From positions 4,121-68,120 of the forward strand of contig CAINDP010000153.1 in assembly GCA_903847405.1 (NCBI GenBank): a DNA stretch of 64,000 nucleotides, in the 5' to 3' direction. Each line of letters begins with the position of its first letter. Within the stretch, counting starts at the first letter, position 1. The notes below the pieces were generated by a model. The model did not search any database and was not told the origin of the DNA. It was given only the letters and a program-made list of their open reading frames with translations. Source of the DNA: an uncultured Myxococcales bacterium. Its GTDB lineage: Bacteria; Myxococcota_A; UBA9042; DTJE01. Below are positions 20,676 through 32,793 of this stretch, piece by piece. The translations under genes and the position numbers were made by a program.

Positions 20676-22805
20676 ATGACTGCGACGCAGACGGACCGCG
20701 GAATACCTCCCGAACTGCGCAGGGACTACGAGGCGGAACGGCGCCGGAAGACGTTCCGTGCCGTCTGGGGCGTCACGATCATCGCGTTGCTGATGTACCC
20801 GGCCACGACGCTGCTGGACTGGGTCATCGCGCGCGACCACTACCGGGAACTCTCCATCGCCCGGTTTTCGGAAACGGGCGCGCTGCTCCTGCTGCTGCTG
20901 GTCCTTCGCTGGATGGAGAAAAGCGGCCGCGCCGAGCGCCTGGCCCACGTCATGGCCTGGGTGCTGGCCGGGGTGATCGCCGTCAGCCTGGACGCGTTCG
21001 TCCTGATCCTCGGCGGACCGTCCTCACCTTACTACGGCGGACTGACCCTGCTGCTGACCGCCGTCCTCGTGGCGTACCCCTGGGAGATCGCGCGCACGGC
21101 CTGGCTGGTCCTGGCCATCGTGGCCCAGTTCAACCTGGTGATGGTGCTGGCGGATCCGGGGTGGCCCTGGATCGGGTACTTCATCGCGAACTACTTCTAC
21201 GTCGGGACGATCTTCATCGGCCTCGTCTGGAGGATCACCTCGGAAAAGCTCAACCGGGAGGAGTTCCTGCAGCGAAAGAGCGCGCAGGCCGAGCAGTCCA
21301 ACCTTGCGGCGACCCTCCTGGGCATCGCGGATGGGGTCATCACCACGGATACGATGGGCAATGTCGTCCTGATGAACCGCGTCGCCCAGGAACTGACGGG
21401 GTGGAGCCGGGACGAGGCCCTGGGACGGCCGCTGGAGGACGTCTTCCGGATCTCGGGTCGGGACGACGCGAACCCGGACGACCACCCGGTGGCGAGGGTC
21501 CTCGCAGCCGGCCAGATCTTCGCCAATCCCCGACCGGTGTCGCTGGTTTCGCGGCAGGGACGCGAGCGGTTCATCGAGGAAAGCGCCGGGCCCATCCAGG
21601 ACGGCGACGGGGGCGTCACCGGGGTGGTCCTGGTGTTCCGGGACGTCACTCTCCGGCGGCGCATGGAGGAAGAACTCCAGCGGGCGCACAAACTTGAGTC
21701 GGTGGGCCTCCTGGCCGGGGGCATCGCGCACGACTTCAACAACCTGCTGACCGGGATCTGGGGCAGCGTTTCCCTGGCCCGGTCCGACGTTCCTGCCGAC
21801 GGCGAGGCGAACACCTGGCTGGCGGAAGCCGAAAAGGGCGTCATGCGGGCGCGGGACCTGACCCAGCAACTCCTCACCTTCTCGAAGGGGGGCGCCCCGA
21901 TCCGCAGGACCGCCCGCATCGGCGACCTGATCGCCGACTCGGCCCGGTTCTCGCTGCGCGGTTCGAACGTGCGCTGCGAAGTGTCGATCCCGGACGACCT
22001 CTGGTCGGTCGAGGTCGACGAAAGCCAGATGAGCCAGGTCATCAGCAACCTCGTCATCAACGCGGACGAAGCCATGCCTGCCGGAGGCCGGATCCGGGTT
22101 TCCGCACGCAACCTCCCGAACGGCGCCGCCCTGCCCCCTTCGCTGCCCGCCGGACGGTACATCGAGGTCGCGGTCGAGGACGAGGGGATCGGCATCGCCC
22201 CGGAGCACCTGGCCCGGGTGTTCGACCCCTATTTCACGACGAAGAAGAAGGGAAGCGGGCTGGGCCTGGCGATCTGCTTCGGCATCCTCCAGAAGCACGA
22301 GGGCCTCATCACCGTGGATTCCGAACTCGGCAAGGGCTCCACCTTCCGGATCCATCTGCCCGCGTCCACGAAGGCGCCGACACCCAGGGTGGATGACGAA
22401 CCGCACCCCCTGTCGGGCCGGGGCCGCGCCCTCGTCATGGACGACGACCCCTCGATTCGCGACGTCAGCAGCATGATGCTCAGCCGGTTGGGATACGAAG
22501 TGCAGACCGCCGCCGACGGTGCGGAGGCCGTCGAGGCCTATCTGCGCGCGATGGAATCCGGCCGCCCCTTCACGTTCGCCATCATGGACCTGACGGTGCC
22601 CGGGGGCATGGGCGGCCTGGAGGCGGCACGGGCGGTCCTGGCAATCGACCCGGACGCCAGGCTCATCGTGTCCAGCGGCTATTCGAACGATCCCATCATG
22701 TCCGAGTACCGCGACCACGGGTTCCGCGGCGTGATTCCCAAACCCTACGAACCCGCCCTCCTGGGAAGAACCGTGCAGGACGCCCTCTCGAAGACCGATT
22801 GCTAG
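20676..22805 (+). CDS. Membrane hybrid sensor histidine kinase (TM-PAS-HisKA-HATPase-REC)
   Basis: Several TM helices, PAS, GIAHDFNNLL, GSGLGL, C-terminal receiver. Confidence 0.93.
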   Translation: MTATQTDRGIPPELRRDYEAERRRKTFRAVWGVTIIALLMYPATTLLDWVIARDHYRELSIARFSETGALLLLLLVLRWMEKSGRAERLAHVMAWVLAGVIAVSLDAFVLILGGPSSPYYGGLTLLLTAVLVAYPWEIARTAWLVLAIVAQFNLVMVLADPGWPWIGYFIANYFYVGTIFIGLVWRITSEKLNREEFLQRKSAQAEQSNLAATLLGIADGVITTDTMGNVVLMNRVAQELTGWSRDEALGRPLEDVFRISGRDDANPDDHPVARVLAAGQIFANPRPVSLVSRQGRERFIEESAGPIQDGDGGVTGVVLVFRDVTLRRRMEEELQRAHKLESVGLLAGGIAHDFNNLLTGIWGSVSLARSDVPADGEANTWLAEAEKGVMRARDLTQQLLTFSKGGAPIRRTARIGDLIADSARFSLRGSNVRCEVSIPDDLWSVEVDESQMSQVISNLVINADEAMPAGGRIRVSARNLPNGAALPPSLPAGRYIEVAVEDEGIGIAPEHLARVFDPYFTTKKKGSGLGLAICFGILQKHEGLITVDSELGKGSTFRIHLPASTKAPTPRVDDEPHPLSGRGRALVMDDDPSIRDVSSMMLSRLGYEVQTAADGAEAVEAYLRAMESGRPFTFAIMDLTVPGGMGGLEAARAVLAIDPDARLIVSSGYSNDPIMSEYRDHGFRGVIPKPYEPALLGRTVQDALSKTDC

Positions 22806-22951
22806 CCTCGGGCCGCGGGGACCTGCATCCGGATACTCCGGGTCCGCTTGACTGGTTCCGGGGGCGGCCGGATACTGCCATAAGAGCGGATGTTTCCGTG
22901 AGGTTCCGACACATCCAGCATCGCAACCGGGGACTGAGGAGCGCCGTGGGA

Positions 22952-25095
<2,144 letters not shown>

Positions 25096-25099
<4 letters not shown>

Positions 25100-26901
25100 T
25101 CGCAGGTCACGTGGATGTCGAACCGGTTCCCGTACCAGATCTCCTCGGACACGATGTAGTACGGTCGTCCGGCCTCCGCCGTGAACGTCACCTCGGCATA
25201 CCAGCCATAGTCCCCGGCGATGCACGTCGCAGGGTTGCAGGCGCCCGACAGGACGTAGACCGACACAGGATCGCCACCGGAGTCCGAATAGTCGATCCGC
25301 GCCGTCACCTGCCGGGTCACCGGGCTGACGAACTTCCAGATCGTTTCGTCCCCGGACAGGTCGTCGTTGCCGCAGGCCGCGCCGGCCGTGCCCGTCAGGT
25401 TGTTGTCGTAGGCCACCAGCCAGTACTTCGTCATGCCGCAGGTCGCGTCCCCATCCACCTTGGTGCACGTGTCGGGCGTGCAGGGCGGAATGCCCTGGCA
25501 ATCCGTGTCCGCGCAGTCCGTGGCGCCGTCCAGGTCGTCGTCCCAGCCGTCGGCGCACAGGGTTTCGCGGGTCGGGCAGGCGCCGCCGCAATCGACCGGG
25601 CAGGTGGCGCAGGTTTCGGCGGGCCGTGCGCAGGTGCCATCGCCGCACCGCGGGCCGGGCACGCACGCCTCCAGCGCGCACCGGTCGCCCAGGGTCGCCG
25701 GGTCGCCGTCCTCGCAGGGCGCCGTGTTGGCCGCATGCGCGCAGGCGTTGGCCGGGCACGTGTCGTCCGTGCAGGGATTGCCGTCGCCGCACTCGGACGC
25801 GTCCACGCACTCGCAGACCCGCAACCCGGGGACGCAGGCCCCCGCGGTGCAGGCGTCCGGCGCGGTGCAGGGGTTCCCGTCGTCGCAGGACGTGCCGTCC
25901 ATCACGTCGCTGTAGTCGTCGGTCGCGATGTCGGGCGCGCAGACCCGGCAGGTGTTCCCGGGCGCGGTCGCGGTCGCCGGGACGCAGGCCCCGGCCACCA
26001 GGCAGGTCCCGGCATCCAGCACGTGGGTGCAGGTCCCGTCGACGCACCGGTCGGCCGTGCAGGCAATCCCGTCGTCGCACCGGGCGTCGCCGTCGCACTG
26101 GCAGACGCGCGGTCCCGGGACGCAGGCCCCGTCGGCGCAGGCGTCACCGGCGGTGCACCCGTCCCCGTCGGCGCAGGGCGCGGTGTTGAACGGGTGCTGG
26201 CAGTGCCCTTCCAGGCAGAAATCGTCGGTGCAGGGATCCGCGTCGGGGCATTCGGCGTCGGTCCGGCACTCGCAGTCCAGCGTGCCGCCGGTGCAATTCC
26301 CCTTGTGGCAGACTTCGCCGCTGGTGCAGAAGTCCCCGTCGTCGCATTCCTGGCCTTCCAGGAAACCCGAGTCCAGCACGCAGTGCCCGGTGGCCGGATT
26401 GCAGCGGTTGGGTCGGCAGGCCAGGCCGTAGATCGGGTCGCACTGCGTTTCGTCCGTGCACCAGCAGGTCAGCGAACCGGGTGCGCAGAGGGATGCGACG
26501 GCGTCCGTGCCGGAATCCGTGGCGCCCGGGTCGGCAGGCGTGTCGCCCGGTGCATCGGTCGGGGGGAGGTCGGTTGCCGTTGCGTCGGCAACATCCGGGG
26601 CCGGATCGGTCCCGTCGCCGGGATCGGCCAGGTCCCGCGGGACCGGCAGGTCGGTGGGTTCCCAGGCGTCGGCGCCGTCGTCCGTCGGGCCGGGATCGGT
26701 CGCGGCGTCCGCCGGCACGTCCCGCGCAGCCACGTCCCGGAGCGTCGCGTCCCCGTCATCCCGGGCGCCCGGGTCCTGGCCGGCGTCCCGCCCGTTGATG
26801 ATCACGATTTCCCCCAGAACGTCCGTGGACGTCCCGGCCCCGCCCGAACACCCTGCTGCCAGCAGCACCAGGACGATCGCTCCCGCCTGTCCCCTGCGCA
26901 T
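25096..26901 (-). CDS. Large cysteine-rich repeat lipoprotein
   Basis: AAGC lipobox; acidic linker; about seven CxDGxxCTxxDxCxxGxC repeats; DGWDDDLDGATDCADTDC; C-terminal beta-rich domain. Confidence 0.8.
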
Positions 26902-26977
26902 CGAAACCCCCTCGCGGCGCGGGTAGCATAACCGAACCGCGCGTGTCCTTGTCATCCGGGTTTCGGGGGTCGAAAAC

Positions 26978-28072
26978 TCAGTACTGAAGGCCGACATTCA
27001 GGCCCACCAGGTGCGCCTGCGTGTCGTAGTCCGCGGCGTTGGACCATTGCCGGATGTAGGAGTAGGAGGCCGTCACGGTCAGTTCGATCGCCCCGAAGGC
27101 GTGCGTGTATCCCAGGGAGGCCATCGGGATCAATTTCCGGTCCTGGCGGCTGGACGCCACGACGGTTCCCCCCAGATCGGTCGCAGGCCAACCCGGGAAC
27201 TCCAGGGTCCGGAATTCCAGCCCGGCCGTGAGCGACCACCCCCGGGGCAGCATCTGCTTGTACTTCAGGTAGGCCCGATGGCCCCCGGCCAGGAAGTCCG
27301 ACGTCAGGAACGCGAACTGCGTCTGGGTCAGTTTCCGCGCCAGGGCCTGGCTGGACGACAGGAGGTATCGATACGAGTAGTCCGCCTGCAGCCCGCCCTG
27401 GGCCCACAGGCCCTGGCTGATGTGCAGACCGACGTCCATCTGGTGGTCGTCGCGATCGACCCGTCCCTGCCCCTGCCCCTTCAGACCCAGGTTGTACCGG
27501 AAGCCGTAGCCCACGCGCGGGGTCAGCGTGGTCCGGGACGGCAGCGTGAACCGGACCTCGGTGGTCGCCAGCGCGTCCAGGGCGTCCGACGCACGATCGT
27601 CGTAGAAGCCGCGGTACCGGATCGTCACGCCGGCCTGCCACGCGGCCCAGGTCGTGGGCTCCAGGCTGACCGCGGCGTTCAGCGTCCCTCCGACGAAGTT
27701 CAGGCCGTCGTAGGCCGCCTGGTTCCGCAGGGTCTCGACCGCCAGGGCCACCAGGAACTCGTTCCTCCCGTCGGGACCGAAGGCGGGGTTCACCTGCAGC
27801 CGCAAGGCGTGGTCGTGGGAGGTCAGGTCCGTGTGGGACGTGAAGATTTCGGCGGCCCCGTCATACTGCAGCGTCCAGGCGGTTCCGAAGTCCATGCCCG
27901 CCTTCAGGCTGGGCAGGATCGACACGTCCCATTCGGGGGTGTGCATCAGGAACACGTTGTCGGTCCAGACGCTGCCGACGGCGCCCGCCGCGCTGAATTC
28001 CTGCGCCCGGGCCGGGCCCGCAACCAGGCCGGTTGTCACAGCGCACAGCAGGGCCAGCGTCGCAACCTTCAT
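26978..28072 (-). CDS. Putative outer-membrane beta-barrel protein of unknown function
   Basis: Signal peptide ARA-Q; alternating amphipathic strands; C-terminal VGLNVGLQY beta-signal. Confidence 0.7.
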   Translation of the reverse strand: MKVATLALLCAVTTGLVAGPARAQEFSAAGAVGSVWTDNVFLMHTPEWDVSILPSLKAGMDFGTAWTLQYDGAAEIFTSHTDLTSHDHALRLQVNPAFGPDGRNEFLVALAVETLRNQAAYDGLNFVGGTLNAAVSLEPTTWAAWQAGVTIRYRGFYDDRASDALDALATTEVRFTLPSRTTLTPRVGYGFRYNLGLKGQGQGRVDRDDHQMDVGLHISQGLWAQGGLQADYSYRYLLSSSQALARKLTQTQFAFLTSDFLAGGHRAYLKYKQMLPRGWSLTAGLEFRTLEFPGWPATDLGGTVVASSRQDRKLIPMASLGYTHAFGAIELTVTASYSYIRQWSNAADYDTQAHLVGLNVGLQY

Positions 28073-28455
28073 TTCCCGCCATCCTGGCACGAACCATTGC
28101 CGTCCGCGCCGCCTCGGAACCGCCGCATCGTGCCGGACCCGGTGCCCGCCCCTGCGGCCCCGTGGCCCATGACTCCCTTCCCGTGCTTCCGGAACCGGTG
28201 CTCCTGCCCGTCCTGGATGCCGTCGCCGTCGCGGTCCACGAACCCTGCACCCGCGTCCGACGCGGCGTTCGAGGCTGGAACCACCGCCGGCACAACCGCG
28301 GCAGGGGGCGTCACGACAGGTTCCGGAGTACCTGCCGCACCCGGTGCCGCCTGGACGGCCGCAGCCCTTGCGGGCTCGACCGCCGCCTGGGCCACCGCCA
28401 TCCGCGGCAGCACCGACGCACCGACCAGCACCAGCAACGTCATCCGGATGTTCAT
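28069..28455 (-). CDS. Small secreted protein with one FVDRDGDGIQD motif
   Basis: GGAGG RBS; signal peptide; Ala/Pro linker; DxDxDG motif; stop overlaps the barrel ATG. Confidence 0.75.
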   Translation of the reverse strand: MNIRMTLLVLVGASVLPRMAVAQAAVEPARAAAVQAAPGAAGTPEPVVTPPAAVVPAVVPASNAASDAGAGFVDRDGDGIQDGQEHRFRKHGKGVMGHGAAGAGTGSGTMRRFRGGADGNGSCQDGGK

Positions 28456-28466
28456 GATGCCTCCGC

Positions 28467-28495
28467 GGCCCGGGGGGAGCGTGTCCCCCCGGGCC
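28467..28495. terminator. 12-bp GC hairpin downstream of the first FVDxDGDG gene
   Basis: GGCCCGGGGGGA-GCGTG-TCCCCCCGGGCC; no U-tract; conserved in the duplicate. Confidence 0.6.
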
Positions 28496-28514
28496 GTCCA
28501 GGTCGCACCCTGCC

Positions 28515-28919
28515 CTACTGGGCCTTTCCCTTGCCGCTCTTGGCGTTGTCGCACACGCCGTCGCCGTTCGCGTCGACGAAGCCGGCGCCGTGCACGCCCT
28601 TGCCCATGCCCTGGCCCTTGCCCTGGCCCTTGCCCTGGCCCTTGCCCTTGGACATGCCCTTGCCCTGGCCGCCGGTTCCCTTCTTGTCACAGATCCCGTC
28701 GCCGTCGGCGTCCACGAAAGCCGCGCCCGTGCCGTCCTTGGCCTGGATCTGGGTCTGGTCCTTGGCCTGGACCTGGGTCTGGTCCTGGGCCTGCGTCGCC
28801 TGGCCCGCCTGGGCTCCCTGGCCCTTCCCCTTCACCGGGTCCGCGTCGTCCGCGAACGCCACCGAGGGCAGGCCCGCCATCACCACCACCAGGAACAGGT
28901 TCTTCATGTTCGTCTTCAT
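28515..28919 (-). CDS. Small secreted Gly/Lys/Gln-rich protein with two FVDx(D/N)GDGxCD motifs (copy 1)
   Basis: AGGAGG RBS; signal peptide AFA-D; QAKDQTQ repeats; FVDADGDGICD and FVDANGDGVCD separated by GKGQ repeats. Confidence 0.85.
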   Translation of the reverse strand: MKTNMKNLFLVVVMAGLPSVAFADDADPVKGKGQGAQAGQATQAQDQTQVQAKDQTQIQAKDGTGAAFVDADGDGICDKKGTGGQGKGMSKGKGQGKGQGKGQGMGKGVHGAGFVDANGDGVCDNAKSGKGKAQ

Positions 28920-28977
28920 CACCGGACCTCCTGGGCTGCAAGTACCAGCCCCCCACGGGCCGGCAAGGATTGTTGAT

Positions 28978-28993
28978 TGCGAGCGCCGTGCCA
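28978..28993 (-). promoter_or_regulatory. Sigma-54 -24/-12 promoter
   Basis: TGGCACGGCGCTCGCA (GG-N10-GC), identical in the duplicate. Confidence 0.85.
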
Positions 28994-29078
28994 CGGGGAA
29001 AAGTATTTCACAAACACCCGTAGTCCTTGCGGTATCGCGATTTTCAGCCCGGGATGTCTGCCCGGCGCCCCCGGAACC

Positions 29079-29116
29079 TCGACGTTTTCGTCGAAGCCTC
29101 TCGACGTCCCGGTCGA
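29079..29116. promoter_or_regulatory. Tandem palindromic enhancer (UAS), TCGAC-N6-GTCGA x2
   Basis: TCGACGTTTTCGTCGA (29079-29094) and TCGACGTCCCGGTCGA (29101-29116), 22 bp apart, about 86 bp upstream of the sigma-54 box. Confidence 0.75.
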
Positions 29117-29124
29117 ACCGGCCG

Positions 29125-30492
29125 TCAGCCCAGGCCCAGTTTCTGCATCTTGTAGCGGATCGCCCGCTCGCCCAGGCCCAGGTCCCGGGCCGCGGCGCTC
29201 TGGTTCCCCCCGTGGCGCTCCAGCGCCCGGCGGATCAGGTCCCGCTCAAGGTCGGCCACCTGTTCCTCCAGGCCGCCCGTCGCCGGTTCCGAACGCGCGC
29301 CGGCCGGCGCCTGCCCCCCGGCCGGCGGGAAGTCCCCCGCCTCCAGGACCGGCCCGTCCGCCAGCACCAGGGCCCGCTCCACCATGTTTTCCAGTTCCCG
29401 GATGTTCCCCGGAAACGGCTGGCGGGCCAGTGCGTCCAGGGCCTCGTCCGACACGCCGGCGATCCCCGTCGTGGAAAGGTCCGCATGCTTCCCGACGAAG
29501 TGCGCCACCAGGGCGGGGATGTCCCCCGTCCGCTCCCGGAGGGCCGGCATCCGCAACGTCACGACGTTCAGGCGGTAGAACAGGTCCGCCCGGAACTCAC
29601 CCGTCCCGATCCGCGCCTCCAGGTCCCGGTGGGTGGCCGCGATCACCCGGGCGTCGGTTTCCAGCGGCTGGGTTCCCCCGACCCTCTCGAACCGCCCGGT
29701 CTGCAGCACGTTCAACAGTTTCACCTGGACCGACAGGGGGATGTCCCCGACCTCGTCCAGGAACAGGGTCCCGCCCTTGGCCAGTTCCAGACGCCCCTTC
29801 TTCTGCGCCGAGGCGCCCGTGAACGCCCCCTTCTCGTGTCCGAACAGTTCCGACTCGACCAGGGTTTCGCTGAGGACCGCGCAGTTCAGCGTCACGAAGG
29901 GCCCGTCCCGGCGGCTGGACAGGCGGTGCAGCGCCCGGGCCACCACCTCCTTCCCCGTCCCCGACTCGCCCAGGATCAGCACGGACGCACGGCTGGGCGC
30001 GACCTTGACCGCCAGTTCCTTGACCTGGCGCACGGCCGCACTGTCCCCCACCCAGTCCCCGAAGGCATCCGCCACCACGACCGCCTGGCGCAGCGACCGG
30101 TTCTCGCGGGACAGCCCCACCTTTTCCAGGGCCTTGGCCACCAGGGCCTCCAGGCGGGCCAGGTCCACCGGCTTGCCCAGGAAATCGTAGGCCCCGGCCC
30201 GCATGGACCGGACCGCATCCTCGACGGTTCCGTAGGCGGTCACCACGATGGCCTGCAGATCCGGATGGATCCGCCGCAGGTCGCCCAGCAGTTCGATGCC
30301 GTCGGGCCCGCCCAGCCGAAGGTCGGTGATCAGCAGGTCGATCGCCCGGTCCCGGGCCCGCTCCTGCGCCTCCGCTGCCGACCCGGCCTCCTCGACGTCA
30401 TAGCCCGCCTTCCGCAGGAAGCCCGCCAGCATCCGCCGCTGGGCCGCGTCGTCCTCGGCCACCAACAGGGTTCCCTTGTCACGTGCATTCAT
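29125..30492 (-). CDS. Sigma-54-dependent response regulator (NtrC/ZraR family)
   Basis: Receiver domain, GESGTGKE, ESELFGHEKGAFTGA, Fis-type HTH. Confidence 0.95.
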   Translation of the reverse strand: MNARDKGTLLVAEDDAAQRRMLAGFLRKAGYDVEEAGSAAEAQERARDRAIDLLITDLRLGGPDGIELLGDLRRIHPDLQAIVVTAYGTVEDAVRSMRAGAYDFLGKPVDLARLEALVAKALEKVGLSRENRSLRQAVVVADAFGDWVGDSAAVRQVKELAVKVAPSRASVLILGESGTGKEVVARALHRLSSRRDGPFVTLNCAVLSETLVESELFGHEKGAFTGASAQKKGRLELAKGGTLFLDEVGDIPLSVQVKLLNVLQTGRFERVGGTQPLETDARVIAATHRDLEARIGTGEFRADLFYRLNVVTLRMPALRERTGDIPALVAHFVGKHADLSTTGIAGVSDEALDALARQPFPGNIRELENMVERALVLADGPVLEAGDFPPAGGQAPAGARSEPATGGLEEQVADLERDLIRRALERHGGNQSAAARDLGLGERAIRYKMQKLGLG

Positions 30493-32168
30493 CGTTGCAT
30501 TCCTTCCGCCTGCCCCTGCGGGCCGCCCTGCGTCCCCGATACGGGCAGCGTCACCGTCGCCCGTGTACCGCTGCCCGGAATCGAGTCCAGGACCAGGGTT
30601 CCCCCGTGCGCCTCGGCCAGACGCCGGGCCAGGGGCAGGCCCAGGCCCGTCCCGTGGGCCTTCGTCGTCACGAAGGGCGCCTGCACGCGCTCCAGCGTCG
30701 CGGCGTCCATCCCCGGGCCGTCGTCGGACACCACCAGCCGGAACGCGCCCCGGTCGCAGTCCGCCGCGACCGTGACACGACCTGCCGGTCCCACCGCATC
30801 CAGGGCGTTCGCGACCAGGTTGGCCACGATCTGCCCGAACCGCTGCCTGTCCACCAGGACCTCGCCCGGGCAGTCGCACCGGACGTCCAGCCCCTTCCCC
30901 TCGGACGCGGCCCTCATCCCCAGCGACGCCAGGGCCTCGTGCACCAGTCCGGCGGCAGGATACGCGCGCCGGTCCAGTTCCAGCGGCTTGCCCAGCTCCA
31001 GGAACTCCGCCACGACCCGCTCGACCCGGTCCGAGGCGTCCGCCGACAGCATCAGCAGTTCGCGGAAGCCCTCCTCGTCAGCAGGGTCCACCCGGACCTC
31101 CCGGGACAGGCGCTGCAGGGCCATGCCGATGGTGTTCAGAGGGTTGCGCACCTCGTGGGCCACGGTGGCCGCCATCAGGCCCAGGGATCGCCAGTGGCGC
31201 CCCTCCTCCTCGCGATGGCGCATCGCGGCCAGGAACTCGGTCCGTCGGCGGGCGCCCCGGCCCAGCACCCAGGCCAGCGCCAGGCTCAACAGCACCGCCG
31301 CTGCCAGCACCCCGAACATGACCGCCTGCCGCAGGGCGATCCGCCGGCCGAAGCTGACCAGTTCCCCGGCATCCAGGGCCGTCCGCACCACCGCGCGGGT
31401 CCCGTCGGCCAGGTCCAGGGGCCCGATCACCTCGTACACCGACTGGCCGTCCCGCTCCAGCATCCGCCCCTGCAACCCGTCCGGCGCCCCGTCCCGGGCC
31501 TGGGCCAGCACCGGATCCTGCAGCCAGGTCGACATCTGCCCCGGCGCGGGCGAGGCCGCCAGGATCCCCCCGGGATCCTGGACCACGACGTATTCCAGGT
31601 CCTGGTCCTTCAGGTCGGCCAGAAGGGGTCCCAGGCCGACCTCCCGGCGCATCCCGTCCAGGTCGTCCCGATCCAGGCACACCACGGTCGCGACGCCGTC
31701 CCCCCGGGCCCAGGCACAGAAGACCCCCAGGTCGCGGGTTCGTTTGTCGTCCACGAAATCGCCCTCGGGCACGGCCAGGACCCCATCCACGAAGGCGACA
31801 CGCCCGGCGACAGGCACCCGATCCAGGCATCCCCGCACCCCGTCCGCATCGCGACGGGCCCAGATCGCCAGGTCCGGAACCCGCGCCTGCAGGGCGACGC
31901 AGTCCTCGCGGTCACCGGGCGGTCCCAGCAACTCCAGCAGCAGGGCCGCGGCTTCCGCCGACATCGAGTACACAAGGCCCGTGGACCACGTGGCTTCCTG
32001 GGCCGCTTCCCGAACCAGGTGGCCTGCGGAACGGGCATGGGATTCGTAGACCTGGCGCAACGCGTCGACCTGCCGGTCCTGCTCCACCCGGGTGGCGATC
32101 ACCAGGACGGCAGACAGGCCCGCCACGACCAGCGGGATCAGTCCGAATCGCAGATGGGGGTGATGCAC
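30489..32168 (-). CDS. Sensor histidine kinase with large periplasmic domain
   Basis: Two TM segments; AHEVRNPL; GTGLGL; GTG start inferred; overlaps the regulator. Confidence 0.88.
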   Translation of the reverse strand: MHHPHLRFGLIPLVVAGLSAVLVIATRVEQDRQVDALRQVYESHARSAGHLVREAAQEATWSTGLVYSMSAEAAALLLELLGPPGDREDCVALQARVPDLAIWARRDADGVRGCLDRVPVAGRVAFVDGVLAVPEGDFVDDKRTRDLGVFCAWARGDGVATVVCLDRDDLDGMRREVGLGPLLADLKDQDLEYVVVQDPGGILAASPAPGQMSTWLQDPVLAQARDGAPDGLQGRMLERDGQSVYEVIGPLDLADGTRAVVRTALDAGELVSFGRRIALRQAVMFGVLAAAVLLSLALAWVLGRGARRRTEFLAAMRHREEEGRHWRSLGLMAATVAHEVRNPLNTIGMALQRLSREVRVDPADEEGFRELLMLSADASDRVERVVAEFLELGKPLELDRRAYPAAGLVHEALASLGMRAASEGKGLDVRCDCPGEVLVDRQRFGQIVANLVANALDAVGPAGRVTVAADCDRGAFRLVVSDDGPGMDAATLERVQAPFVTTKAHGTGLGLPLARRLAEAHGGTLVLDSIPGSGTRATVTLPVSGTQGGPQGQAEGMQR

Positions 32169-32209
32169 CGTGTCCGCCCTCAAAATCGAACCATTGTAGC
32201 CTACGCGAT

Positions 32210-32235
32210 ATATTTCTTTCTTGCCATACTTGACA
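32210..32235. promoter_or_regulatory. Putative ArsR-type operator abutting a TTGACA -35 box of trxA
   Basis: ATATTTC-N8-CATACTT (32210-32231); TTGACA at 32230-32235. Confidence 0.45.
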
Positions 32236-32319
32236 CCTCCACCTCCGATTTCCACTCTTTGCCCGTCAGGCTCATGGCGGCATGCCGTGCAGCCCAAGGG
32301 CTTTCAACAGGAGGTTCCC

Positions 32320-32721
32320 GTGAACAGTTCTTCCCGTGATACCCAGTCCCCGGCTGCAAGCGGCAGTCCCGTCATTGCCCTGACCGACGACACCTTCGAG
32401 GCCGAGGTCCTGCAGTCGACCCTGCCCGTCTTCGTTGACTTCTGGGCCCCCTGGTGCGGCCCCTGCCGCATGGTCGCGCCCATGGTCGAGGAACTGGCCC
32501 GCGAGTACGCGGGGCGCATCAAGTTCACCAAGCTGGACACCGACAAGAACCCGGGCGTGTCGTCCGCCCTGGGCATCCAGTCGATCCCCACGCTGGTCCT
32601 GTTCCAGGGCAACCAGGCGCTGGACTACCGCATCGGCGCGGTCCCGAAGGACGACCTCCGCCGCATGTTCGACGCCGCGCTGGCCAAGGGGGCCGCTGCG
32701 GCGACCGACGACCAGGCGTAG
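32320..32721 (+). CDS. trxA: Thioredoxin
   Basis: DFWAPWCGPC, SIPTL; AGGAGG before GTG. Confidence 0.96.
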   Translation: MNSSSRDTQSPAASGSPVIALTDDTFEAEVLQSTLPVFVDFWAPWCGPCRMVAPMVEELAREYAGRIKFTKLDTDKNPGVSSALGIQSIPTLVLFQGNQALDYRIGAVPKDDLRRMFDAALAKGAAAATDDQA

Positions 32722-32793
32722 GCCGGGAACAGGAACGTGCCCGCCCCTCCGAGATCGCGGATCCGCACCCGTCAAGCCAGACAAGGAATCCCT

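Larger units (their letters stand above)
28467..29120. repeat. Duplicated segment, copy 1 (copy 2 at 39622-40288)
   Basis: Hairpin, gene, 5' UTR, sigma-54 box and enhancer repeated in the same orientation. Confidence 0.9.

Noticed and set aside
28600-28670. Tandem CCCTTGCCCTGG repeats as a CRISPR-like or non-coding array
   Set aside because: They encode the GKGQ linker of the small secreted protein; no spacers
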